From contig NW_005201183.1 in NCBI RefSeq assembly GCF_000372725.1, positions 237,089-301,088 on the forward strand: DNA of 64,000 nucleotides, read 5' to 3'. The position numbers and the translations under genes are program-made. Source of the DNA: Emiliania huxleyi CCMP1516. Taxonomy: Eukaryota. Shown piece after piece: positions 47,144 to 59,491 of the stretch. The notes beneath the pieces are model-generated. The model was not told the origin of the DNA, did not search any database, and saw only the letters and a program-made list of their open reading frames with translations. Numbering within the stretch: position 1 is the first letter of the stretch; each line of letters begins with the position of its first letter.

Positions 47144-50100
47144 CTATGTGACGGCATCGTTGAGCACGCACTGGCCGGGCCGAAACCGCGGCGGTGGGGG
47201 CGTGCGCAAGCACCACTCCCCGTGCCCGCGCGGCGAGCCCGTCTGCTCCGGCGTGAGCCACTTTGCGAGGTTGGAGGGGCAGCCCTCGCGCTTCGCGCAG
47301 CGGGCGCACCACGCTGGCGCGCGCAGCAGCGGCTGCGCGAAGTGATTGAACTCCCGCGTCGCCGCCGGCCGCCCCCCGACGCCGCAGAGCAGGCCGCGCG
47401 CGTGCGGAAGCCGCAGCAGCGCTGCGCCACCGTTCCGCCCTCCTAGCAGCTTCGCCGCCTCGACCGCGGTGGCGCCGAGCGGAAGGAGAGTCGCGCCGCC
47501 GCCCGCCGCCGCCGCCGTGTCGTAGGCGCTGCGCTCGAGCAGCTGCACGTCGACGGCGGCCTGCTCGCAGCAGAGGCGCGTGAGGAGACGCCGTTCACGG
47601 TCGTCGAGCAGCGGCGGCCCGGCGGCCGCCGCGGTCAGCTCGGGCGAGAGGCGCGGCGAGGAGAGGAAAGAGCCGTCGCGGTAGTCGACCTCCGCCTTTG
47701 CCCAGGCGGCGGGCGAGAGGACGTGGTCCATCGGGCAGGCGAAGGGGAGGAAGGGCGCGTCCTGCGAGCCGGGGTACATGAAGCCCATGCCTGAGGCGGG
47801 GCGCGTGCGGCGTGTGCGGCGGGGAAGGGCGGGGCGGGGAGGGAGGAGGGGCGAGGCGGAGGAGGGGCCAACACCCTCCGCGCCCGATTTGAGCTCGCGG
47901 GCGCGGGCGTGGGCGTGGGGTGGCGGGGGCGCGGGGTGGCGGGGGCGGGCGGGGTTGGGCGAGGGCGGGCGTGTGGCGGGCGTGTGGCGGGTGTGGCGGG
48001 CGTGTGGCGGGCGTTGACCGATGATGTTGTCGCTCCCCGCCCAGAGCTTGTCGACGTAGCAGGTCCAGCGCGGCAGCACGAGGGTGCGGCGGAGGGCGCG
48101 CGCGAGGGCGAGCGCGTCGCGTAGCTCGGCCAAGTAGCCGCGCAGCGCCGCCGCGTGCACGCCTGTGAGGCGCTCACTCATGCTAGTCACCTCACGAGTC
48201 CTCGGCGGGCAGGTGTGGTTGGGCGCCGCACGTGGCGCGTCGCCTTCCCCCGGTTAGGGTGTGTCGGACTGGGTTCTCCTGGGATATGTCTCTCCTCTCA
48301 GTGTGAAGTGAGTCTGTGAGCGTGAGACGCGCACGCCGATGTGGTTCGGTGACTGGCCGGCGCTGCGTGCCGCCCCGAGGGCGGCGGCGACGGCGGGCGG
48401 GACCGAGGCGTTGAGGGCGAGGAACCGTCCGCGAAAGTACTCCTCTCCGTCGGCGAGCCAGAGGCCAGCCTCGCGGAAGCGCTGCCTGTTCACAGCTAGA
48501 GGTGTGACCTGGACGCCGTTCACAGAGGCCAGCCTCGCGGAAGCGCTTCCTAAGTGTGTGGACGGCGGCGCGTCGAGGGCGGCGGACGCCTCTGTGCGTG
48601 TCGACTCTCCCGTCCCGCGGGCGGGCGAGTAGTAGTAGTACTAGTCTAGTAAGCGGCGGGGGAAGCGGCGGAGGCGGAGGCTGCTGCCGCGGCTGCTGTT
48701 ACGTCGGAGGCACCGTCGGCGGCGGCCAGGGCCTTGCTCGTGGGTTCTGGCAGCACTGGATCGCATGGCACAACTACTACTACTACTACTACTACTACTA
48801 GTACTACTACTATTACTATTACTACTCCTACTACTCCTACTCCTACTCCTACTCCTCCTCCTACTCCTACTACTACTGCTACTACTACTGCTACTACTGC
48901 GCGCGCCGCTTGGCGACGCCGTCGTGGTTGTCCAGCGAGTAGGTTGCGTGCACCTGTGCACAGCGCCTCTTCACGGCTCAAGCCGCGAAGCACGAGGCGC
49001 GGTCGGGCGAGCAGGCTGCGTGCACCGCAAAGGGCGACACCTGCGGCGCCAAGGGGGGCAAGGGGGCAGGGTCAAGGGCTGGCGAAGGGTGGTGTGTGTT
49101 GTTGCTCCTGCTGCTGCGCTGCGGTGGGACCGACGCCTGCAGCGATCGGTGCGCCGCCTGCTCACAGTATCGGATGGTCACAACAGGAACGGCTTGCTTG
49201 CGCCACTCTGCAGCGGCCGGGGCGCTGGCCTGCACAAAGTAGCCGTGTCCATTCATGAAGAGCGGCAGCGGCAGAGCGCCGAGCGAGAGATTGCCGTCCC
49301 AGTCCTGCAAAGCGAGGCGCCGCGGTGAGTGCGCGCAAGCGCTACGAGCCGCGGCCCCCTCCCCCCTCCCTCCCCCGCGCCTCGTGCAGCCGCCGCATGA
49401 TCCACTCGCCGCGCCGCCCGCCCACGCCGGGCCACTGCCGCTCCCTCCGCACCATAGCATTGAAGACCTGCCACCAACTCAGGCGTGGAATGGCACCAGA
49501 CGACCACACCATGCTAGTGGCTAGCGCCTCTCGGGCAAATGGTCAAGATTGCGCGAAGCGGACTATGCACGCCACATATTAGATACGACCGCCCGCCCCT
49601 CGCGCTGCAGACACCTGCGCGTCGGACCTCGGCGTGAAGCCGCGTCTCTTCACACCTGGAGCGGTGAAGGCGGAGCAGGTCGCAGCTCGCCTGCTGGTCG
49701 GACGTCTTGCCCCAGAAGCGCGATCCGCGCTCGGGAGAGGCGACATTGCGGTGCCACTGCGCGGCGAAGTGCCGGCCGGCGGCGGTGGCGCGGAAGAGAA
49801 GTAGGCCCGAGTTGAAGGTGCCTGCCCTCGCGCGGGAGTGAGTGCAGTTGTGAGGAGAGGACGCCGCGCCTCGGGAGGGCCCGGCGAGCAGCTGCGGCCG
49901 CCTGCTCCGTGGGAGGCGTCTACAGAGCTGTCTACCGTCGCTGCGGATTCTTTTTTCTGTCTACACTACAGCGCCTGCTCCGTGGTAGGCGGCGCCGCCC
50001 GCGACGGACCTGCTAGGAGGGAGGGCTGGTCGGGAGCAGCTCGGGCGGCATTGACCACGATGGCACCCTCACACGGACGGACGGGAGGGTGGGGAGAGAG

Positions 50101-50808
50101 AGGGGCCAGCAGGCGCCCGAAGAGTCCGAGGGGCGTGGCGCGGCGAGCGCGCTGTCTCGGAGTCTCGGAGGAGTACGGGCGACGTTTGCGCCTCTCCGCC
50201 CTCACGCGTATACCTGCTAGGTTCCATACCTGCTAGGCCCCATATTGTCCGACGAGACCGCGACGTCGGCGGCGCGCAGCGCAGAGCACGGGAAGCGCGA
50301 GGCGTCTCCAAACTCGGCGCGCGCGGCGGCGGTGCACATGCAGAAGGGCGCCTGCAGGAGGAGGAGCTCTCCTTGAAACCTTCTTGGAGCCTTTGACTGG
50401 CGGTGCATGTGAGGAGGGCGCCGGGTCTCGCAGCAGAACAACGTCCGTGTCGATGTGAAGCACGTCGAGGCCGGTGGCGACAACCCGGGCGACCTCTCCC
50501 GTCCGCATGGCGGCAAAGGCCTTCCACGAGCCCGACGAGTGGCTGTTAGCCCCGTCGAGCGAGTAGCCGGTCGCCAGCGCGAGCGGTGTCTTGTAGCACG
50601 GCGAGCCGCTCTCCCTGAGCAGCTCAAAGGCGCCCACGTCGACAGCGCCGACCACGTGCGCCGCGCCCGCCCGCCGGGCATGCGCGCAAAAGTTGCGGAG
50701 CAGTTCCGAAAAGGCGGCGTTGCCAAACGTCAGGAGCACGAAGCGGAGGCCGCGCATGGCCGGCGCGGCGGCGTCGAGCGCCGCCTCGAGCGTGCCGTCG
50801 AGGCCCAT
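47144..50808 (-). CDS. GT77 nucleotide-diphospho-sugar transferase, XEG113-like arabinosyltransferase, multi-exon; 5' end uncertain
   Basis: VLLTFGNAAFSELLRNF, GLDVLHIDTDVVLLRDP (DxD), LGALPLPLFMNGHGYFVQ, VHATYS..DGVAKR, QRFREAGLW..D..EYF, LRDALALARALRRTLVLP..CYVD, PFACPMDHVL. Confidence 0.85.
48772..48899. repeat. (ACT)n / (ACTCCT)n intronic microsatellite
   Basis: Directly visible. Confidence 0.95.
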
Positions 50809-50899
50809 CGACACCCTGCGGCCGGCGCTGGCGTACAAACTGGCTGCCCAAAGAAAACCCCCGCCCCCAAATAGTTGGACGCTCTGGTGTGTGTGTGTG

Positions 50900-50986
50900 T
50901 CATCATCTGTCCAGCGTCCACCCATACCGCGTTGGTGTCCAGTCCGAGCCTGGCTGTTCTTCACCTTTCTACCTACCTACCTACCT
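50900..50986 (+). repeat. Retroelement/SINE-like 3' end with (ACCT)n tail, copy 2
   Basis: Matches 22983-23082. Flanked by (GT)n on both sides. Confidence 0.7.
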
Positions 50987-52212
50987 GTGTGTGTGTGCAC
51001 TCACACGACGCTCTGGGGACGCGCGCCGCAAAACCAATCCATTGGAAGGGGGCTACTGGGGCGGCCAAATTCACACCTCGCGGGACTACTTATGTTTTCG
51101 TAAACGCTGTCGGAGGCGATCCCCAAGGCGGGTCCATATGGGGGGTTCGGTGTTGTGCCAAGCGGTACACACCTTTCGGTACACTCGGGCCCGCCGCGCG
51201 CGGGGCCCTCGATTACCCACCGGTCCACTCACCGCCGCAAGAAGAATTCTTCTATTCACGACTCGGAACACGAATGTGACAGGACCATCGGGTCCTTCAG
51301 CCACCAAATTAGGCTGTATATACGACATCGCGTGGCGGGTAAGCAGAGTAGAGGAGAGGCCCGAGAGGCCCCTATTTCTCGTCGGCCCAGCCGGCACGCG
51401 CTCACGGGCGCGCTGTGACGGATGCTGGCCGTGTGCGCGCGTGGCAAGGGCGGCAGCCAAGGCGGCAGCCGCTCCAAGCTCCTCTAGGTCACACCGCGGG
51501 CGAGCGCGTTGGGAGCGGCGGGCGAGGCGTCTCGTGGATTCACACTGGGGTGGAGTGGCGTCGGGTGTATAACGCACGCCTGGGCGTGGACGCGCCTGCA
51601 CAAGGCAAAACAAGAATTCACGCGAAACATTGGATTGGGGCATGCAAGCATGCACAGGGCGAGACGAGGGAACCGTACACAGTAAGTAACTCCAGCCGAC
51701 CCCGTAAGCGCAACCTCCGCTCGCGGTCCGGAGGCTTCGAACTTGTCAACACAAAGAAAATTCCTTTCTCCAAGTGCTCAGTTTTCTCTCTATATATAGT
51801 GTAATCCGGCTTGTCGCACCGCCGATATGGCCTCTCGCTACTGGCCAATCGTCGCATAGTCCACAGAACGGCGGCCGTACAAATGTCTAGAGCCGTAAGT
51901 CTCAAAATACACATATGCATACAACACATCTAGCAACAAATACAACGCTGGGTGTCAGGGAGCCCCATCACTCGGCTCGGCTACGGCGGTACGCGTACAG
52001 AGGCGGTCAGGACGCTCTAAAAGTGTTCAGGTGTGGGCATCTCAGCAGGATATCCGATACACTGTATGATGGATCGCATCTACTTGCCGCGCAGGAGCTG
52101 CTGCCATTTCTACTTTGTCAACGAAGACTAGAGTCGAGACCCTCGTGCAGGAAGAGTCGTTGCGCGAGCCTAACTGGCCTCGCCTGCAAGTTCCGGGAGG
52201 CCGGCCAGCTCT

Positions 52213-54340
52213 TCAGGCAAACAGGTTGCCCACGCCCTTGACGAGCGCGGCGTCGACGCGCACGAGCGACGGGTCAGCGGCGATCGCCTCGACGAGCGGC
52301 TTGATGGTGTAGAGGAAGGGGAGGTCACCCGTCTTGGCATACGTGTCGTCGAACGCCCACATCTTGTCCGTGGCACCCGCCGGGCCCGAGCGGCCCCAGA
52401 ACTCGACGCTGACGGGGTTGCCGGAGGCATCGGTGCCGACGGGGACCGTCACCTTGGGGACAGGGATGTTCTTGTACGCGCAGTACGCCACGAAGTTGCA
52501 GAGCGAGACTGACGAGTCGTAGGTGGTCACGCCGTCAAGACGCTGCGAGAGGGTGGAGCCCGCCATGCCCTCGTAGGTGAAGGCGTCGCAGAACTGCGCG
52601 GGCGTGAAGATGACGTCGACGCCCCACGTGTCGAAGTACCTGGTTGGGGGGGGCTGGCGGCTGTGAATCACACGATGAAGGACCGGGGCGCGTGGTGAGA
52701 GGGGGACATGGAGGGGAGCGGCCCACGAGTTCCACACGTCGATGGTGTCGAGGTAGTACGGGCCGATGCCGAAGCGGAATCGAGTCTCGTCGGTCACGTC
52801 GCCGATTGTGAGGAAGCCGCCCGGGCCATGCCCCGCCCCGGCCGTGTAGATGTCGTCCGTGATGTCCTTCAGAGCGACGGTAGTGTTGAGGTAGCCGCGC
52901 ACCCACTCGGCCACCTGGCCCGAGAAGGAATGGAAGGTCGCGAGGAACACGTCGTAGGGGGCGCCGTTGACGTCGCCGACGCAGAGCATGTTGTCCGCCA
53001 CATCGTTCCGCCCGTTACCGTCGGCGTCTAGCCACTCCTTGTCGATTATCGTTGCGCCCGCCGCCGTCATCGCGGCGATCGACGCGTCGTACTTGGCCAT
53101 GATGCCCTCGGACACGGTGAGCTTGGACGGGTAGGTGGGCCAGCCTGCCGGCACCACAAAAATGACACGCTTTCCTCTCTACGTGCACGAATACAGGGGC
53201 GGGGGGCGGGGCGGGCATCGGCTCGCCATAATTGTTGCAGCCGTCGAAGGTGTACATCTCAACGAACGGGTACTTTGGCACGCCCACCTTGATCTGTCCG
53301 ATGGTCTTGGCTGCTAACGCGGCCGCGGCGTGCTCGGCCTGGATCCCCACGAAGGCTGCGTCGAACGCCAGGATGTCGGAGAAGGTGCGCGTGTTGATAC
53401 CTACCTGGTCGTTGGTGTAGGACATACCTGGGTTGCCGTGGTTCGGGTAGTGGTTGCGCGACGGGTCGTAGCCAAAGTTGTGGTTTTGGTACGAGGGGTG
53501 GCGGGTGGAGCCGCCCGTGTCCTCGGTGAAGGCGACCGGCGCGATGTACGAAGCGACGGCTGAGCCCGAACCGCCTGATGAGCCGCCGACCGTGAGCGCG
53601 TGGTCGTAAGGGTTGAGGGTGCAGCCGTTGGCGTAGTTGCACGTCACCCACGAAGCGGCGAACTCGGGCACATTAGTTTTGGCGAAAACGATGCCGCCGT
53701 GCTCCTTGACGAGCGCCGGCGTGCCAGCGTCTTTGACCGCCTTCTTGTCGTGCAGCACGCCAACGCCGGCCGACGACGGGAAGTCGATGGTGGCCATGGT
53801 GCCCTTCATGGGCACGGGGAGGCAGTAGAGCGGTGCAATGGAGTCGACGCCCTCGGTGGCAACCTGTGGTGGGCCGCGGGGGCAGTGACAGAGAGTGCAA
53901 AACGGAGTGTGGCGGCGGCCGTCACTGTTCACCTTGGCATCGAGCGCGGCCGCGGCCGCCATGACCACGTCCATCTGGTCGGGCATGTTGTCCCAGTACA
54001 TGAACTGGCCCATGTACTTGTAATGCTTGGCGCGCATCGTGAGCACCTCGGCGTACTCAACGCACGTCACCGAGCCTGCCGCCCGTGCTGCCATAAACTC
54101 CTGCGCTGTCATCTTGGCAAGCTCGATCTGGCGGGCCGTCATCGCCGGTGGGCCCGCCATTGGGATGCTTGCCACGTTGTCCACAAACCACGATGCGACC
54201 TCCGGGCTCGCCGCCGACTCCTTGCTGAGAGGGGTAGGGAATGTGGCCTTGATCTCGGGCTTCGAGAGGCGATTGTCAGCAGGGCAGTCGTCAGGCACAG
54301 GGGCAAAGCCCGTTGAGGCGTGGACGAGGAGCGCGAGCAT
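52213..54340 (-). CDS. Amidase-signature family enzyme, probably secreted; introns 53864-53932, 53145-53226, 52640-52726
   Basis: PLYCLPVPMKG, AKTNVPEF, TLNPY, GGSSGGS, EDTGGSTRHP. Hydrophobic N-terminus MLALLVHAS. Confidence 0.92.
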
Positions 54341-54775
54341 GGTATCTGCGGCGGATGAGAGACGCGGGCAGTCGTCATGACATCGCCGATGTGTGCTGGT
54401 CGCGCTCACACTGGCAGCGCTGTGGCGGCCGCGGACCTGAACGCTCGAAGCGGGCGAGACACGGGGGTGTGGCGAGAGGGGTACAGGCTGTCATTGATTG
54501 CAGGCGTCTTCTTCTTTGTTTGTTCACAGCACCTCGTGAATAAACGAGTATATTGTAGCGGTGCATTGATTGAATGAAAGTTCGCGGAATGTGGGGTGAA
54601 CAGCACCGCTCTGAGTTCTCTCTTCTTGAGTTCTGTGTCGGGTTAGTGACGAGGGGTGAGGGGACGGATTCATTTTTGCGGAAGAACCCTCCACACCCAA
54701 GATCGTGCAGGGCGGGGGACACATGTCACTAAAATTCCATTCTCGTCTTTACACAGAGAATGGGGTTTGTGGAGC

Positions 54776-55141
54776 GTCCAGGGATGTCCAGAAGGTCCAG
54801 AAGGTGTCCAGAAGATGTCCAGAAGGTGTCCAGAAGATGTCCAGAAGGTGTCCAGAAGGTTGGAAAAGAATGTGGGAACGTCTAGAGGGTCCTCTGCAGG
54901 TGTTCAGAAGGCCTCAGGTGTTCTACCGAAGGTCTCACTCAGTCAGGTTAAGCCGTAGGTCACACGTGTCTCAAAGAGTCGCCTCCACGAGTGAGCAACC
55001 CAGTCAGTCATGGGCTTTGAAAAGTAGACATTGTGGTTTGCTGGTGAAGGCCTGCGGGCCTTCTGGACATTCTGGACATTTGCTAAAGCTTGCTAAAGCA
55101 CCTTCTGGACATTCTGGACATTTGCTAAAGCTTGCTAAGCA
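54776..55141. repeat. Opposed arrays of TGTCCAGAAG (54776-54860) and TTCTGGACA (55059-55122)
   Basis: The same motif in inverted orientation either side of a spacer of about 200 bp. Confidence 0.75.
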
Positions 55142-55247
55142 CCTTCCTACCCAACCGACCGCGTGAGATAGGGTGCTGACCTTTCTCTCCGAGGCTCGCC
55201 GTGGCCCCACACGGCGGCCTCTGCTCGCGTTTTCGAGCCAGGACCTT

Positions 55248-56100
55248 CGTCCGGGCCCACGGCCGGCACGCCATCATCGATTCCGCGCGCTCGGCCTCCA
55301 CCGGCTTGCTGTGCGGACGGCTTCTTGTGGCTCTCGTCGAGAGCGTTTTGGCGGCCCGCCGGGGGAGAGAATATGTGTCGTCTGATGTGTCACTGTGTAC
55401 GTCATATCAGTCTTGATAACAAGCACGGTCGATCCGTCGAAGCGATATACTCGTCACGTCACGCTGGACGGCTTGCACGGAGCTCTGTGCCGGCACACAG
55501 GAAGAGCCGTGCGGCAAGAAGGAAGAAGAGCTCGATGGGGAGCGAGAACCGTCAAAGGTGCTCACGCAGGTTTCGGACGTCCGTCATGGTGCGGTCAGTT
55601 CCCCCCAGGTTTGACCGCGCAGGTCTCAAAACTCGTCGAGCACTCGTAGCCTTTCTGCGCCTCTCTGCATGCTGCCGGCTCGGGAAGAGCATATTTTGGA
55701 AGATATCTCAACGAGATCCGACGTCTGCGCGGTCATTGTTGGGGCGATCTTACCGTGTTATGACGGAGTCCTGATACCTCTCGGAGCACCTCTAACGGTT
55801 CTCGCTCCCTGTCGAGCTCTTCTTGCCGGACGGCTCTTCCTGTTTTGCGGGGTGCGCTGAGCTTCGTGTCAAGCTCCGAGGGCAACGGAAACGAGTGCAT
55901 CGCTTCGGATAGACCGACTGTGCTTGTTACCAAGACCGATCTCACGTACACAGTTACACTCAAGACGTTCTGTACTCTCCCATCCGACAACCGGCAAGAC
56001 GCTGTCGATAGCCAGCCGCTCTTGCGGCAGCCGGCAGCGGAGACTGAGCGCGTCGGGCGAGTGGAAATCGAGATGGCGTGCCGGTCATGGGCCCGGACGC
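55248..56100. repeat. Long imperfect inverted repeat (arms of about 375 bp, spacer of about 95 bp)
   Basis: cgtccgggccca..ccggcacgccatc, actgtgtacgt..atc.gtcttg.taacaagcac, caggaagagccgt.cggcaagaag and gggagcgagaaccgt each recur reverse-complemented in 55720-56100. Confidence 0.8.
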
Positions 56101-56494
56101 CATGAGGTGAGCGTCGTGCGTTTTGCCGCCGCGTGCCGCCGCTGCGCCGACTGGCTCCCGGTTCGAATCGTCCTTCGCGGAGCGAACGCGGCGACACGGG
56201 CGCACGTCGCGCGCGTGTGCGCCTGCGACAAGACGAGACGAGAAGAGAAGGAGAAGTAGACGGTTGGTGTTTTTGCTGCCGCGGCCGCGCCGTGAGCTCG
56301 CGTCTGTTTTGGCGCCGACGACGCGACGCGCCCCGCCGCGTGAGATGGCGCTGCCGCGGAGTCGGCGCCGCGATCAACCGCGCGCCAGCGGCGAGCGGCG
56401 CAGCGCGGCCACCATGCGGCGCGACGTGCCCGCCGAAGCTTGGGTTTTTTTGTTTTACATTCTTTTCCTCGCACGTAAAATTCTTTTCCTCGCG

Positions 56495-57922
56495 ATGTCC
56501 ACCCCAACGCGCCGCTCGCGCCGCTCGCGCCGCCTCGCCGCCTCCGCCGCCCCCTCGCCAGACACGCCGCCGCCCGCCCGCCTCCTCGACCTCCCCACGG
56601 AGCTCCTCGTGCGCGCCCTCTCTCGCTGCGACCCCGCCGACATCGCTCGCGTCGCGGCCGTCTCGCTGCTCTTCCACGCCCCACTCGCGCTAGAGGCCAT
56701 CCGCTTGTGGGCGCAAGAGCGCGGCTTCGAGCTGCCGGCGCAGCCAGAGGGCGAGAGCTGCGCCTTGCGGTGGCTATGCCTTGCTGCGCTGCTGTGCGAG
56801 TCCAACCCGCCGGCGAGGGCGGCGGCAGGCCAGTACCACAGCCTCTTCATTGATAGCGAGGGGCGGCTCTCGTGTTGCGGCTCAGCGCCGCCCTACGCCC
56901 CAGGCCTCCTTGGCCAGGGCGAGGGTGTGACGCGGCTCAATACGCCGACCCGCCTCACGTCGACGGTGAGCGGCGAGCGCGCCGTGAGCGTGTCGGCTGG
57001 AGCAAACCACAGCCTCTCCCTCACCGCTGACGGCGCCGTTTGGAGCTGGGGCCAGGGAGGCTTGGGCGCGCTGGGCCACGGCGACTGGCAGGACCAGCTG
57101 CTGCCAAAGGAGGTCGAGGCCTTCGCTGATCAGCGCGTCGTCGCTCTGTCGGCGGGAGGGGTGCACAGCCTCGCCCTCGCCGCCGACGGCTCTGTCTGGA
57201 GCTGGGGCGGTGGAGACGATGGCAAGCTGGGCCACGGCGACCAGCAGAGCCAGCTGCTGCCGAAGAAGATCGAGGCCTTTGCTGACCAGCGCGTCGTCGT
57301 TGTGTCGGCTGGAGGCCAGCACAGCCTCGCCCTCACCACTGACGGAGCCGTCTGGAGCTGGGGCTATGGAACCTCTGGCCGGCTGGGCCACGGCAACCAG
57401 CAGAATTAGCTGCTGCCGAAGAAAGTAGAGGCGCTGGCTGGCCAGCGCGTCGTCGCTGTGTCGGCTGGAGCATACCACAGCCTCGCCCTCACCGCCAACG
57501 GCAGTGTCTGGAGCTGGGGCTATGGAGCCTTTGGCATGCTGGGCCACGGCGACGAGCAGCACCGGCTTCTGCCAAAGAAGATCGAGACCTTGGCTGGCCA
57601 GCGCGTCGTTGCCGTGTCGGCTGGAGGCGGGTACAGCCTCGCCATCACCGCCGACGGTAGCGTCTGGAGCTGGGGCAATGGGTACCATGGCCGGTTGGGC
57701 CACAGCGACCAGCAGAACCAGCTGCAGCCAAAGAAGGTCGAGGCCTTTGCCGGCCAGCGCGTCGTCGCTCTGTCGGCTGGAGATAAGCACAGCCTCGCCC
57801 GCACCGCCGACGGCCCCATTTTCACGTGGGGCAAGGGCGAGGACGCCTACCTAGGCCACGGAGAGGACCTGTCGAACCAGCTGCTGCCCAAGAAGATCGA
57901 GACGTGGGCGCCGGGCCAGTGA
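56495..57922 (+). pseudogene. F-box + RCC1-repeat gene with one in-frame TAG at 57407-57409
   Basis: F-box RLLDLPTELLVRALSRC and about seven RCC1 repeats. QQN*LLPKK where sibling repeats have Q (CAG). The frame continues to 57922. Confidence 0.85.
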
Positions 57923-58009
57923 GAGGGGAATCGTGAGTGAGCTGCAAGCCTGCCTCTCGGGACTCGGCTACCTTGGTGGGGAAGGCGGCGGGCCGCTGAG
58001 GGAAGACGG

Positions 58010-58226
58010 CCTAACTCGCTCGCTGCATATAGTAGCGATGAGCTCACTAGCTAGAGCTCGCACTAGAGGCCGTCATCGCATTCGCCCTGGGACTCAGCGC
58101 TGACTTCTGACTGTCGTTGCTGTCTATCCCTTCCTCGACTGTCTGTGCTTGTGCGTCTTGGGTCCGGGGTTGTGTTTTGTCTGAACGGCGGTGCATACAC
58201 ACAGTGAAATGGTTTCTTTCTTCTTT
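58010..58226 (+). mobile_element. Short 3'-end copy of the RLE non-LTR element that follows
   Basis: 58023-58068 matches 59423-59486 and 58069-58165 matches 60645-60740. Ends in a TTC-rich tail. Confidence 0.7.
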
Positions 58227-58518
58227 GTCCCCTGCCCAGTGTTGAAAGATAAAGCCCGGCGTTGCCTGACCGTGAAAGGAGCTGGAGGTTGACCGTGAAC
58301 TCGCGCACGGCGCACTTGGAGCACGGGGGGAGCGCGAATTGGTCTTGCCCAACCCCTCATCTCGCGCTGGGGGCCCCTGCGCTCCGAATGCCGCCCTCCA
58401 AGCTCTTTTCGAGGCACTGCACGCGCGCGACGCCAAGCGCGTGAAGCATCTCGTGTCGAAGGTCTCGCACAATCGCTTAACTGATTTCAAATAGGAATAT
58501 TCCTACCCTTTCGCAGCC

Positions 58519-59486
58519 GTGTGCTCTTGCGACGACATCTTCTCACGCGTGATCGGTGATGCGCTGCACGCGGGGCTGCGCGGCAAGGAGGAGCCGCGCA
58601 AGATCTTCAGCGCCGTCATCCCGCCTGTCACACTCAACGGCACAGCTGGCACGCGCGGTAAGAACGGCATCGTGCCGGATGGGCGCCTGCACTGCAAGCT
58701 GCGCGAGTCCCGCACGGCACGCTGCACGGGCACACGAGGCCAGGCGCATCCGTCTGTCCGGTGGCGCGGCACGACAGTGCAGCGCGGGCCCGAGCAGCCG
58801 CCGGCGGAGCACCTTCTCGAGGGCAAGACCATCCACCGCGGCGGGCCTCACTACATGAGCGCTCGGGCGCGCGACGATGGCCAGGGCGGCGCTGTCGCCG
58901 ACAGGGCGAACCTGGTCCAGCGCGACTACGAGGCGCGGGCGGCGGCGCTCGATGCCGAGCCGCACGTGCAGGCATGGAACAACGGCTCGAGGGACGACGT
59001 GTCCTCCGTGCTGCGCTCGTTTGGCACCGTGCGCAGCCTCGTTGTCGGGGCCTACGCGGAGGCGTCGGACGACCTGCACCAGCTGTTCGACTGTGTGGTG
59101 GAGTCGGCATCCAAGCAGCACTGGAGGCGGATCGGCGCGCGTAGCGCGAGGGAGGCGCGGTCCTACTTCGCTACGACGCTGCGGCGGGCGTGGGGCGGCA
59201 CTTTGCGCGCGAGTTCGCGCGGCACCGCCTCCGACGCGTGGTGTTCGTGGGGGGCCCGCGGCGACAGCCGGGCAGGCCTCTCGCGACGGCCGACGGCGAC
59301 TGGCCGGCGCTGTCGGCGGGCGAGTTTGCGGCGCACGCGCTGCGCGTAGGCGGCGCGTGGGCGGGTGGCCCGCCCGGCCGATGAGCACCGGACGCGAGGG
59401 TCGGTCGGCTCCTAACTAACTAGCTGTATATAGTCGCGATTTGCCGGCGTGCGTATGAGCTCACTAGCTATAGAGCTCACACTAGA
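58519..59486 (+). mobile_element. C-terminal fragment of a non-LTR retrotransposon with a restriction-like endonuclease (CRE-like); 3'UTR resumes at 60646-60745
   Basis: GIVPDG...LLEGKT (PD..ExK), AVADRA..V..DY, LRSFGTVRSLVVGAYAEAS.DLH. Frameshifted near 59195. Confidence 0.6.
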
Positions 59487-59491
59487 GGCTG

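Noticed and set aside
57407..57409. Pyrrolysine or genetic-code reassignment
   Set aside because: TAG ends other genes here (sirtuin, MICAL, METTL9); a single C>T change explains it.
58069..58165. Repeated segment as an snRNA or spliced-leader target gene of a site-specific element
   Set aside because: No recognisable snRNA, tRNA or rRNA motif; it fits the element's own 3'UTR better.
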